From Leptospiraceae bacterium (GTDB lineage: Bacteria; Spirochaetota; Leptospiria; Leptospirales; Leptonemataceae): a stretch of DNA of 64,000 bases. The first letter of the stretch is position 1. Each line of letters opens with the position of its first letter. The notes beneath the pieces are model-generated. The model searched no databases, was not told the origin of the DNA, and worked only from the letters and a program-made list of their open reading frames with translations. The DNA lies in the NCBI GenBank assembly GCA_040217195.1, contig JAVJNR010000004.1:288001-352000 (forward strand). The letters are read 5' to 3'. A program made the translations under genes and the position numbers. This document shows, piece by piece, positions 38,753 through 47,620 of this stretch.

Positions 38753-39418
38753 CTAGAACTTGATGATTCCGCCTTTCTTCAGAGGCTGAATTATTTCATC
38801 CTGAATGGCCGATGCATCGGAAGCATCATTGCTTCGAATTCCAATCAAATGGGCCTTCCATCCTCGACTACGGGCCGGCTTTAGATTTGTGGGACGGTCA
38901 TCAAAAAACCATATGCTTTCCGGTTCACCTTCTTGCGGCATTCTCTTGATAGATTCATGTATGATTTCAAAGTACCGATCTTCTGGCTTACGCACTCCCA
39001 TTTCGCATGAAAAGAAAAGATAATCGAACCAGCGATCCAGCTCCGGTCTCTTTTTCATGACATCGTGATACCAGGCGGAGTAATTGGATGCGATTGCCAG
39101 CACCAGGTCATCCCGGGCCGATAGTTGTTCCAGAAGCTCATCAATTCCGGGCCGAAACTTTACTTCAGCAAACATTCGTTTCTTGATTTTTGCCACCGGG
39201 GGCATATGGTCTGGCACCGGATCATCGCCGTAGAAGCTGCGAAAGTACTCCCTCTCGGAGATCTCCCCTTTTTCGAATGCTTCAAAAATGCCCGGTCTTC
39301 GAAGACCGGCCCAATGCCGAATGCCATCCTCATCCAGGAAACTACGAATTGCAGGAAAAAATGGATCCACAAGCACAGTATCCATCAAATCAAAAAGCAG
39401 TAGATGCCAGCCAGCCAT
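38753..39418 (-). CDS. HAD-superfamily hydrolase (subfamily IA-like)
   Basis: LLLFDLMDTVL motif I variant, IASN, SCEMGVRKP, FFDD; start moved to ATG 39418, 1 nt after the upstream stop. Confidence 0.85.
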   Translation of the reverse strand: MAGWHLLLFDLMDTVLVDPFFPAIRSFLDEDGIRHWAGLRRPGIFEAFEKGEISEREYFRSFYGDDPVPDHMPPVAKIKKRMFAEVKFRPGIDELLEQLSARDDLVLAIASNYSAWYHDVMKKRPELDRWFDYLFFSCEMGVRKPEDRYFEIIHESIKRMPQEGEPESIWFFDDRPTNLKPARSRGWKAHLIGIRSNDASDASAIQDEIIQPLKKGGIIKF

Positions 39419-39419
39419 A

Positions 39420-41183
39420 CTAATCTGACACTCCATAGTCCGCAGACAATCGAAGATAGGCTCGAAGTTCCTGAAGAAGCTTCCAGCCAGCAGGAGGCTT
39501 AAGTCCGGCCTTGCGGTTGCTATTTCCCAGAAGAAAAAGAAGATTCCAGTGTTCAAATAGAGTGGTGTAGGATGGCCACAACCTGGCCCGGGGATCCCAG
39601 ATATGAGTGGCTTCCGCCCCAGCTCCATTCACTTCAACAACCTGGAGCCGGGATCCTTCGCGAAAGTGCTGCATATCAGGAAATCGAACATCCAGTCGAC
39701 CGAAGTAAAAATCCGGCAGATCGCGGCAAATTGCATCTATGGAATTCTGTAATGCCCTGGTGCGAAGATGGGTGCCATCCAGAAAAATACAGCCCTGCTT
39801 ATGATTTCCGGATTTTACCAGATAGAAGTATTCATCCTGAGCCGGAACTATAGATAAATCCATTCGCCTGGCATAAATGTGCTTTCTACCGGCCAGCACG
39901 GGAATAGAATCTATAAGCTTTTCCAGAGAATAAAGTCCGTTGCCTTTTACCACCGGGAAAGCCTTTAGAGTAATGGAAGTGATTCGCGCAGAACCATCCG
40001 GATGGCGAATATAAAATACACCTGCTTCGCATTCATAGTCTGACAGAGTCTGGAATAGGTACTGTACCTCGGTGCCTGAATTCAGTGATACTGCAATGGA
40101 CTGTAATCGAGCTTCCAGCTGCTTCTTGTCTTCAATAAAAAAAACACCATCTCCTCGCTGCCCTCTGTCTGGCTTGCAGATCAATGGAACAGACATATTA
40201 CGCTTCCTGATTAGCTCCTGGCATGCCTGGCTCAGTGTATGAAGTCCTACTTCTTGAACATGACCTCCACTACTAAGAAGAAAATGATTGGAACGGGTGC
40301 GCCTCAATGAAAATGAAAACGATTTCAGGAGGTGTCTTCGCGCAAGCGGTCCCGCAGAATCGTATATTTCCTGCTTGGATTCGCCTATCAATCCGCCCAT
40401 GCGAATTCCAGGATTCGCAAGTACCGGAAGACCGGTAGATCTGTAGCGCGCGGAAAGATAAGCATAGTGAAATATGATAGGTAAATAGAAAAAGCCCGGA
40501 TGCCAGAATTCAAATATGGAGCGAGAGGGTATTGACTTTAACTGCGAAGCATCCACCGGACCGCAAGCAAGTACACGGATGCCTCTGGCCCTTGCACTGT
40601 CCAAACCTTCGACTGCGGAGCGAACCTTCTGACTGACCAATCTGTATGCCAGGACCAGGAGCAATAAAATTAGAATGGCAAGAGCGATACTCCAGGCTGA
40701 ATCCATTCGATCCAGAAAATAGCGCAAGGGTCCCAGGGAAAGAAAGAAAATCAAACTGGTCCAGCCTGCACTTGCAATAAGAACTGCCAGTCCAAAAATA
40801 CGGCCATCCATACGAGCCAGCCCAGCGGCAGCAAACACTGGTAAACGCATTCCGGGCACAAATCGGCTGAGCAAAACGGCAAACAGTCCAAACCTCTTAA
40901 CAAAGGACTGCATCTTTTCCAGATGGGGATTATTCTTAATTTTATCCGGCAGAAGTTTGTATCCGCCGCGACCGGCCAGGTACAGTAATAAATCCCCAAC
41001 TGCGATACCAATTAGAATTCCGGTAAATGCATAGGGAGTAGATACAAGCCCGGCGGCTGCAAGGCTGGATGCCAGTAGAATGGCAGGATCTTCGGCTACA
41101 AAGGTTGCAAGCCCCAGCAGAATAGACTGCAGAACCGGATTCTGGGCCTGGGTTACTACCAGGTCCGCCAGATAATCCAGCAT
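39420..41183 (-). CDS. DedA/VTT membrane domain fused to a D-Ala-D-Ala-ligase-like ATP-grasp domain
   Basis: DedA motifs ATFVAED, GD..LY..GR, SRFVPGMR; ATP-grasp motifs PLICKPDRGQRG.GV, FGRLDVRF, VEVNG..AEATHIWDP. Confidence 0.85.
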   Translation of the reverse strand: MLDYLADLVVTQAQNPVLQSILLGLATFVAEDPAILLASSLAAAGLVSTPYAFTGILIGIAVGDLLLYLAGRGGYKLLPDKIKNNPHLEKMQSFVKRFGLFAVLLSRFVPGMRLPVFAAAGLARMDGRIFGLAVLIASAGWTSLIFFLSLGPLRYFLDRMDSAWSIALAILILLLLVLAYRLVSQKVRSAVEGLDSARARGIRVLACGPVDASQLKSIPSRSIFEFWHPGFFYLPIIFHYAYLSARYRSTGLPVLANPGIRMGGLIGESKQEIYDSAGPLARRHLLKSFSFSLRRTRSNHFLLSSGGHVQEVGLHTLSQACQELIRKRNMSVPLICKPDRGQRGDGVFFIEDKKQLEARLQSIAVSLNSGTEVQYLFQTLSDYECEAGVFYIRHPDGSARITSITLKAFPVVKGNGLYSLEKLIDSIPVLAGRKHIYARRMDLSIVPAQDEYFYLVKSGNHKQGCIFLDGTHLRTRALQNSIDAICRDLPDFYFGRLDVRFPDMQHFREGSRLQVVEVNGAGAEATHIWDPRARLWPSYTTLFEHWNLLFLLGNSNRKAGLKPPAGWKLLQELRAYLRLSADYGVSD

Positions 41184-41184
41184 A

Positions 41185-41715
41185 TTAGTGCCTCAAGCCG
41201 GACTGATAGGCAAGAGTGGAGGGAGCCACACCAAATCGTTCTATATCTCGAATCTGATGCGTGGTAGGATTTTCCAGACCATGCAGCAAACCTACTTTTA
41301 CCAGTGCGCTATGATGCAATAGATGGTCCTGCGCATAGTGAAGTTCTCTGCAAAGAGTGGAAGTAATAGATCCGTCGCCTTCCAACCACTCCACTTCCAA
41401 CCGGATTACATCATCGGCACGATTGATGTCTATGGAACTCAGACCCCTGCGGATCTGTGCCACTGTATCGAGTGCGAAAGCTGGATCAGATTGTATACGA
41501 GGATCCCTTTCCCTTCGATCATAACATACCGAGCCGGTGCTGGCAGCCTGAATGTATGCCAGAAAGAATTCCAGGCCGTGGCGAATATGCTCACCCACCG
41601 AGGCATTGTTTAGAATGGTAAGCGGTTTTCTGTAGGAAGGCTCATCCAATGATTGAATGAGATCCTCTAGCTGTGCCAGCATATCATCTGTGGAGCTCAG
41701 TAATTGTTCAAACAT
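41185..41715 (-). CDS. DinB/YfiT-superfamily protein
   Basis: SVGEHIRH, YDRRERD, REL....HLLHH, FGVAPST; His cluster typical of DinB metal sites. Confidence 0.85.
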   Translation of the reverse strand: MFEQLLSSTDDMLAQLEDLIQSLDEPSYRKPLTILNNASVGEHIRHGLEFFLAYIQAASTGSVCYDRRERDPRIQSDPAFALDTVAQIRRGLSSIDINRADDVIRLEVEWLEGDGSITSTLCRELHYAQDHLLHHSALVKVGLLHGLENPTTHQIRDIERFGVAPSTLAYQSGLRH

Positions 41716-41783
41716 AATGCATTCCCCGGTTTTTTGCCGATTCCTCTTCTTATACTATTTTTCAGAATAAGTCAAGTGCATCC

Positions 41784-42479
41784 TCAGGAGGAATCGGTGA
41801 CTCGATCGAAGTAACGCTCAAATTCATTTCTATTTCTGCGATCCAGGATTCCGCCAACGATTACAGCAAGGATTAACCCCAGGGCCACTGGAAGAATATG
41901 GCTGATAAGCATATGACTGGCATGATCATCCGGGCAAACAAAGGCAGCGCCGGATCCGGCCAGGAAAGCCACAGCCAGAAATGAAATGGAGATACTGTTC
42001 TTAAAAGAAAGGCATACACTACGCCGCAAAAATCGAAATAACAGGACTGCAGGAACCAGGGCAAACAATACAATAAGCCCTGTGCATCCGAAGGAGGCTG
42101 CATGGGGATCCCGGACGCCCTGAGTCCATTGCCAGTAGGACAGAGTGGAAAGCGCCGCGATGGCAAGCACTACTATGCCAAATAGAACCCACCTGAGTAC
42201 CGGCCGATCGGATCCAGGAAAGATCGATCCCCTGGCCAGGAAAAAAGCCCATAATCCCAGAAAAAGGAACAACACCCATTCCAGTATCGAAAACAATCCG
42301 CTCACCTGAAACAGGGACTGCCTCAGGGCTGGAGAGACTGAAGCCAGGACTGCAACGCCCAGAAGCATCCAGAGCAGGCTAAGAAAAAGTGCTACGAAGA
42401 ACTGCTTTCCGGTAATTCGAACCGGTTTAACCGGGTTGCAATCGGAAGACAGGGTTTCTATGAGATCAGGTGTTTTCAT
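41784..42479 (-). CDS. NrsF/DUF1109-type membrane anti-sigma factor
   Basis: MKTPDLIETLS.D..PV N-terminus, about 6 TM segments, conserved Cys (GC, CPDD..H...H); overlaps the ECF sigma stop. Confidence 0.82.
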   Translation of the reverse strand: MKTPDLIETLSSDCNPVKPVRITGKQFFVALFLSLLWMLLGVAVLASVSPALRQSLFQVSGLFSILEWVLFLFLGLWAFFLARGSIFPGSDRPVLRWVLFGIVVLAIAALSTLSYWQWTQGVRDPHAASFGCTGLIVLFALVPAVLLFRFLRRSVCLSFKNSISISFLAVAFLAGSGAAFVCPDDHASHMLISHILPVALGLILAVIVGGILDRRNRNEFERYFDRVTDSS

Positions 42480-43158
42480 AGTCCTCTTGTTGTTCCAGAA
42501 TCTTCCTCAGGGCCTTATACGCTCGATGAGCAGTAACCTTCACTGCAGTTTCTGTCATTTCCATTTTGGCTGCTGCTTCTCTCACCGACAATCCATCATA
42601 CTTGAGCAATCGCACTGCACGCTTCTGTCTGGGAGGCAACTTTTCAATAGCCTTCTCCAGAACTTCCTGGACCAGATACGGATGCTCCTTCTCTTCTTTC
42701 GCCTGAAGGTCCAGTAGAGTTTCACCCTGAACTTCCTTTTCTGAAACCCTGGACCATTTCCGCATATGGTCCACAAATCTTCTATGAGCGATAGCATGTA
42801 TCCAGGGAAATACCGGCCTCTGGGGGTCGTAGCTGGCCCGGGCCCGGTGAATAGAAACCAGCACTTCCTGGGCAATATCTTCAGCCCAATCCGGATCCCG
42901 GATCTTATTATTCAAGAATCGGCGCACTACGGGCAGTACTGCTTCCAGGAATTGCCTGTAGGCCGCTGCATCCCCGGTTTGAGCCCGGGCAAGAAGACCG
43001 GATAATCGATGCTCCGCTTCCTCTCTAGCGTCTCTGGGCTTCTTTTCCTCGTTCCTTACTTCCGATGGATCCATGCACCATGCCTTCCCGCCAGACATGG
43101 ACAGCCTCATTTTTGATCCTGGTCCTGGTCTTCGGGATTGCTTTTTCTCTATTGTCAC
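42466..43158 (-). CDS. ECF sigma-70 factor (SigF-like)
   Basis: AQ.GD..AY, AEDIAQEVL..IH..R.SYD, PW..AIA (region 2); LP.RQ, GLS..EAA, VKV..HR (region 4); true start probably later (e.g. 43074). Confidence 0.92.
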   Translation of the reverse strand: MTIEKKQSRRPGPGSKMRLSMSGGKAWCMDPSEVRNEEKKPRDAREEAEHRLSGLLARAQTGDAAAYRQFLEAVLPVVRRFLNNKIRDPDWAEDIAQEVLVSIHRARASYDPQRPVFPWIHAIAHRRFVDHMRKWSRVSEKEVQGETLLDLQAKEEKEHPYLVQEVLEKAIEKLPPRQKRAVRLLKYDGLSVREAAAKMEMTETAVKVTAHRAYKALRKILEQQEDYENT

Positions 43159-43241
43159 AGGCCACTTCAGGGGGCACTGGAGAGCAAGCTTTACCTTAAA
43201 AATCGATTGAATTTTCCAGATTATGTCGCATTGATGCTTCT

Positions 43242-44405
43242 GTGAACTTCTTTTCCAGCAGTGGCACCGGTGGCGGCATCCCGGAAATGCACCGAAAACG
43301 ATCCGCCAAAAAGAAGCCGGCTCCAGGCTCCTCCGTCGATTTCACAGTGGGCGAGCCACAGGGATCTACAGCCAGAAAGCGAGAACCGATATCCGAGCCC
43401 CCTTCTCCTGCCAGCCAGAAGGAAGCAGGTATCCGAAAAGCGGCCCGCCTGATCCTGGCCCTGGGCCCGGATCAGGCCGCAGATGTACTTCGAGAATTAT
43501 CCGAAGCCGAAGTGCAGCGAATCGCTCTGGAAATAACTCGAATTCCTGCTTTAACATCTGAAGAAAGACGACATATCCTGGAAAGTTTTCATCAGGAAAT
43601 CGATTCAGAACAGACACTTTCTGGAAAGGAAAGCCTGAGAGAGATTCTGCATCGCAGCCTGGGCGAAGATCGGGCCCAGGAGTTTCTGGAAAAGCTGGAA
43701 GAACGAGATGCCAGAAAGGACTTTGAGTTTCTAGAGCAGATTGAAGCGCCTCTTCTTGCAAGTGTACTTCAGCAGGAGCACCCTCAAATTGCGGCAGTCA
43801 CCATGAGCCAGATCAAACCGCAAGTTGCGGCCAGCGTATTCAAAAACCTGGAAGATGAATTCAGACTGGATGTGGCTCTTCGAATTGCGCAGACTACAAG
43901 AATCCATCCGGATGCAATCACTCGAGTGGGCAAAGTACTCCGGGAGAAATTTGAGAAGCGAAAAGAGGAATTTTACGCAGTCACTGGAGGGGCCGAGACC
44001 CTGGCAGGAATATTGAATCATATGGATCGCGGTCTGGAAGAAAATCTGCTCACTGAATTGCAGGATAAGGACCCGGAGTTGATGCAGAACGTCCGCGAAA
44101 GACTCTACACCTTTGAAGAGTTACTAAGCCTGCATCCAAAAGAGATGCGGCTGCTTCTATCCCGTATTGATGATGATTTAATGCTGGCTTCAGCGTTGCG
44201 AGGAGCCGGAGATGAGATGCGAAGACATTTCTTTAATGCACTCTCTCAGAACAGAGCGGCCGATGTACTGGATGAAATAGATAATCGAGGGCCGGTATCT
44301 GTAAGAGAAATCAACGAAGCAAGAACCTACATCCTGACTGTTGCACGGCGAATGGATGAAGAAGGAAGAATCATCATCAAAAAAGAGAAGGATGATTATA
44401 TTTAG
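43242..44405 (+). CDS. fliG: Flagellar motor switch protein FliG (stand-alone copy)
   Basis: GIRKAA..I.ALG, EHPQ motif, GG, YTFEEL (MFxFEDL-like), SQ.RA; start uncertain (ATG 43287 possible). Confidence 0.9.
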   Translation: MNFFSSSGTGGGIPEMHRKRSAKKKPAPGSSVDFTVGEPQGSTARKREPISEPPSPASQKEAGIRKAARLILALGPDQAADVLRELSEAEVQRIALEITRIPALTSEERRHILESFHQEIDSEQTLSGKESLREILHRSLGEDRAQEFLEKLEERDARKDFEFLEQIEAPLLASVLQQEHPQIAAVTMSQIKPQVAASVFKNLEDEFRLDVALRIAQTTRIHPDAITRVGKVLREKFEKRKEEFYAVTGGAETLAGILNHMDRGLEENLLTELQDKDPELMQNVRERLYTFEELLSLHPKEMRLLLSRIDDDLMLASALRGAGDEMRRHFFNALSQNRAADVLDEIDNRGPVSVREINEARTYILTVARRMDEEGRIIIKKEKDDYI

Positions 44406-44471
44406 AAGCCTGCGAATCCGGTGTCACAGCAGCTGGATGCAATCCACTTCTGCAACGACAGAAGCTATCGC

Positions 44472-46031
44472 CTAGATTTCCTCATTGCTTAGCTTGCGAA
44501 GCTTTTGAATATGCCTTTCAATTTCCTGCAACTGTTCAGACATACTCTGCCCGCGAGTGGTCATCTCCATAGAGTTTTTTTCCAGGCCGGATAAGTTACC
44601 AATCACCTCTTCATGGGCTGAGGACTGCTCTCTGGCAGAATTTGCAATCTCCGATGCCAGATCCTTGAGCTTTCTCAGATCTGTTAGGAAATGCTGGTTC
44701 ATACGTTCCTGCTGTTTGTACTGGCCATCCAGGAATTGAATCTTTTCTGCAATTGCATTCAGTCTTTTATCCTGGTCGCGAGCCTGTTCATCGGCACTGG
44801 CCGATGAATTTCGTCCTTCCTCTATAACTTCGCGGCTGCTTTCCAATATTTTCTGAATGTTCTTCGCATTCTCTGCACTGAAGTCAGCAAGCTTGCTAAC
44901 TTCAGTTGCTACCACGGCAAAACCTCTGCCATGTTCTCCAGCCCGGGCCGCTTCAATGGCAGCATTCAAAGCCAGTAAATTGGTTTTATCCGAGATCTCT
45001 ACAATTACACTATTAAACTCGGAGAGTTTCTGAAAGGCCTCCTGGATTCCTTGAAACACTTCGTTGTTGCGACTCACCGAGGCGGTTACTTCCCAGCTTA
45101 CATTTCGAATTTCAGAACTCAATCGCTCAAGTTCCTCGCTGGAACTTAGAATCTCAGATATCATGGACTTTAGCTTTTCGCTTTCTTCATTAAGCCGATT
45201 GATATTTTTCTCCTGTTCCTCCGCCGACTTGAGCGTCCTTCCGGCACTGGCAGATAGTTCTTCGGTTACTGCACTAATTTGTTCCACCGAAGAGGATTGA
45301 TCCTGCATCATGGTAGCGCTTCCATCTAGATAACTGCTGAACTCCATCAAGGTATATTGCAGACCTTCGGTACTGTTCGCGATTTGCTTTCGGTTATTCT
45401 CTTTATTGCGATTGGATTCTCGGATTTCGGTCATGGTCCGATTGATTCGCGTCATTAGGTCTTCCATAACACCCATAACCATATAGGAAATCAGCCCCAC
45501 AGCCAGGATTACCACGGCCTGCATAATATGATTGACTATTTGAATTTCTGTGGAGCCGGGCTCATCGATCACCATCACTTTCAGTCCGGAAAACGGAGCA
45601 AAATAAATCAGGCTACCGTAGAGCACAGAAGCAAGTAGAGTAACCGTCAGAGTAATACTCTTTGAGTTTAAAAAAGAGCTATAGGTAATAGGCACGATGA
45701 ACAGTCCCGTGACAACTGCAGAGCGCAAAATCAAAGCTGCTGCAATTGGATCCATAAGCACGTCACCCAGAAAGGAACCGAACATCATTAATACGTCCAG
45801 AATCACGAAGAAACGCGCCAGCTTGATCGTAAGCTTCTTTCGTGCAAATAGAACCCAGAATACAATTACAGTGACTAAATAAACTCCGATAGATGTGGCC
45901 TGCACCAGAAGCATCTTATCTGTAAATGTAGGGGCCAGTAAGGAAACCATTCCTATATACACCAGGCCCATTACTATTCTGATTCTATTTACAATTTCAA
46001 GGGATCGGTTGCTGGTGCTCTTCTTTGCCAT
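44472..46031 (-). CDS. Methyl-accepting chemotaxis protein with multi-TM N-terminus
   Basis: Hairpin tip [34 protein letters not shown]; several N-terminal TM helices. Confidence 0.95.
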   Translation of the reverse strand: MAKKSTSNRSLEIVNRIRIVMGLVYIGMVSLLAPTFTDKMLLVQATSIGVYLVTVIVFWVLFARKKLTIKLARFFVILDVLMMFGSFLGDVLMDPIAAALILRSAVVTGLFIVPITYSSFLNSKSITLTVTLLASVLYGSLIYFAPFSGLKVMVIDEPGSTEIQIVNHIMQAVVILAVGLISYMVMGVMEDLMTRINRTMTEIRESNRNKENNRKQIANSTEGLQYTLMEFSSYLDGSATMMQDQSSSVEQISAVTEELSASAGRTLKSAEEQEKNINRLNEESEKLKSMISEILSSSEELERLSSEIRNVSWEVTASVSRNNEVFQGIQEAFQKLSEFNSVIVEISDKTNLLALNAAIEAARAGEHGRGFAVVATEVSKLADFSAENAKNIQKILESSREVIEEGRNSSASADEQARDQDKRLNAIAEKIQFLDGQYKQQERMNQHFLTDLRKLKDLASEIANSAREQSSAHEEVIGNLSGLEKNSMEMTTRGQSMSEQLQEIERHIQKLRKLSNEEI

Positions 46032-46318
46032 GTCTATTCCAGATCTGCAGTTAGTATGCCATGGCCCGAAACCATGGAACTACCGGACAGCTATGCCATT
46101 ATGGGTGGCGATGTCCAGACCTTTGCCCGGCTAACTGTAAGATCGGTTCCGGTAAGTGCATGAAAGAGTGGCATAGTTCTAAAAATCCCGCGGCAGAATA
46201 ATCAAATGTACCTGGCAACGCAGCTGCCAGTCCCGGGCAATGGTACAGCCCCGGGGATCGCCTGGAGGGGCTTCAATCTCGTTGTAGAGTGGCTTTGAAA
46301 CAGTTCTGCGCGGTTTTT

Positions 46319-47620
46319 TCAGAGTGGGTCTATATATAGAAGGTCGATGGGGCGCAGTCCTCCAAGAATTGGCACCGTTCCAATCTGCAAATCGGCTGCA
46401 GACGTATCATAAATACGAATACCGGGTGTAGTGAGCCCCACATCTCCGGCATAGAGTCGGCCATCCGGGCTCAACTCCAACCCGGAAAAGAAGCCAAAAC
46501 TGGCAGGATAATATGCAAGTTCGCTTATTCTGGCTCCGGTAAGAGGATTGAACCTCTGTAGAGAAATACTGAAATCTGCATATTCAACAACAGCATAACC
46601 GGTATTATCATTTTTGATCACTACATCCAGAATGTCCCCTCCTGCGGTTGCCTCGGCAAAAAGAAATCCACTCCGGAACTGACGGGTCTGAAGATTGAAA
46701 GCTTCCACTCCGCCATCTATGGCAAAATTAAATCCAAGCCTGGCCGGAGTAGAAATGACAAGATGGTCCACTCCCTGAAAGTTCACCAACTTGAGCTTGC
46801 CAAAGGGATTCGTAGATTGAAAAGCAAACACTCCAGTTATCGCCAGACTACCTGCATCAATTTCCACAAGGTAGGATACTTCCGTGGGAGCATAGGTGAG
46901 CACAGGATGATTGCGATCCAGACGTTGCACCGTCGCATAGATCTTTCCCTGATATCCAATAAGCGATGAGACCTCTGGTAATCCGTCCGGAGCTCCACCA
47001 GCAGAAACGGTTTCGGATAAATAGCCCAGATCAATGCTTCCAATAGGAATCAAAGTCTCTGTTAGAACGGAAATATCCGTTCGTTCATACCTGGATACAA
47101 AGGCTCGGCCCTGTGCAAATGCGATGTCCTGAGGATTACTACCGGAACCTACACTTATCTCTCCTTCAGTGAAATAACCGACCAGGGGATTCAGTACCTG
47201 GATATTATCTCTTCCCAGACGATTGATCACATAGACCCGGTCATTGGCAAACCTGGCCAGTGCATCGCTATGGACGTTTACAGAAAACCCGGTCTGAAAT
47301 CCATCCAGGGTCATTACCGAAAATTTTCCTGTAGTTGCCAGGTCTGAAGAAATGATGCCAATTTTATCGCCGCCGCTTACAGAGCTAAATACCAGAGAAG
47401 CAAGGCTGGGTCTTTCAATGTCCTGACAGGCCGCCAGGTTTAGCGACAGACTGGAAAGAGCCAGAGTTCGCAGAAGAGAACGGATCAGCCTGCCCCATGC
47501 CAGACCGGAAAGACATTCAGTTTCCCTGCGAAAGCAAAATTCATGACGATTCTTTCGCGGGTTCGAATCCAATGAAAGGGTCCTCAGTCTAATTTTAGAA
47601 TCTATAGTTAAGACTTGCAT
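46319..47620 (-). CDS. YncE/YVTN-like beta-propeller lipoprotein, probable cobalamin-uptake accessory
   Basis: Lipobox LAA-C at aa 65; blades VYVINR, GSNPQDIAF..GRAFVSRY, LSPDGRLY; coupled to the TBDR; start uncertain. Confidence 0.75.
   Translation of the reverse strand: MQVLTIDSKIRLRTLSLDSNPRKNRHEFCFRRETECLSGLAWGRLIRSLLRTLALSSLSLNLAACQDIERPSLASLVFSSVSGGDKIGIISSDLATTGKFSVMTLDGFQTGFSVNVHSDALARFANDRVYVINRLGRDNIQVLNPLVGYFTEGEISVGSGSNPQDIAFAQGRAFVSRYERTDISVLTETLIPIGSIDLGYLSETVSAGGAPDGLPEVSSLIGYQGKIYATVQRLDRNHPVLTYAPTEVSYLVEIDAGSLAITGVFAFQSTNPFGKLKLVNFQGVDHLVISTPARLGFNFAIDGGVEAFNLQTRQFRSGFLFAEATAGGDILDVVIKNDNTGYAVVEYADFSISLQRFNPLTGARISELAYYPASFGFFSGLELSPDGRLYAGDVGLTTPGIRIYDTSAADLQIGTVPILGGLRPIDLLYIDPL

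Noticed and set aside
38231..38884. Repeat-derived ORFs (RSPSLN)n, (RRSIQA)n and (SGSAIY)n as real proteins
   Set aside because: An 18-bp unit without stop codons opens frames automatically; there is no convincing SD, and two of the three overlap neighbouring genes
41784..43158. Bufferin/DUF692 RiPP cluster next to the SigF/NrsF pair
   Set aside because: No DUF692 enzyme, Cys-rich precursor or DoxX gene is adjacent
46032..46318. Sigma-28 promoter or c-di-GMP riboswitch upstream of the MCP gene
   Set aside because: Only partial matches (ACCGAT, GGCAAA) with wrong spacing or context
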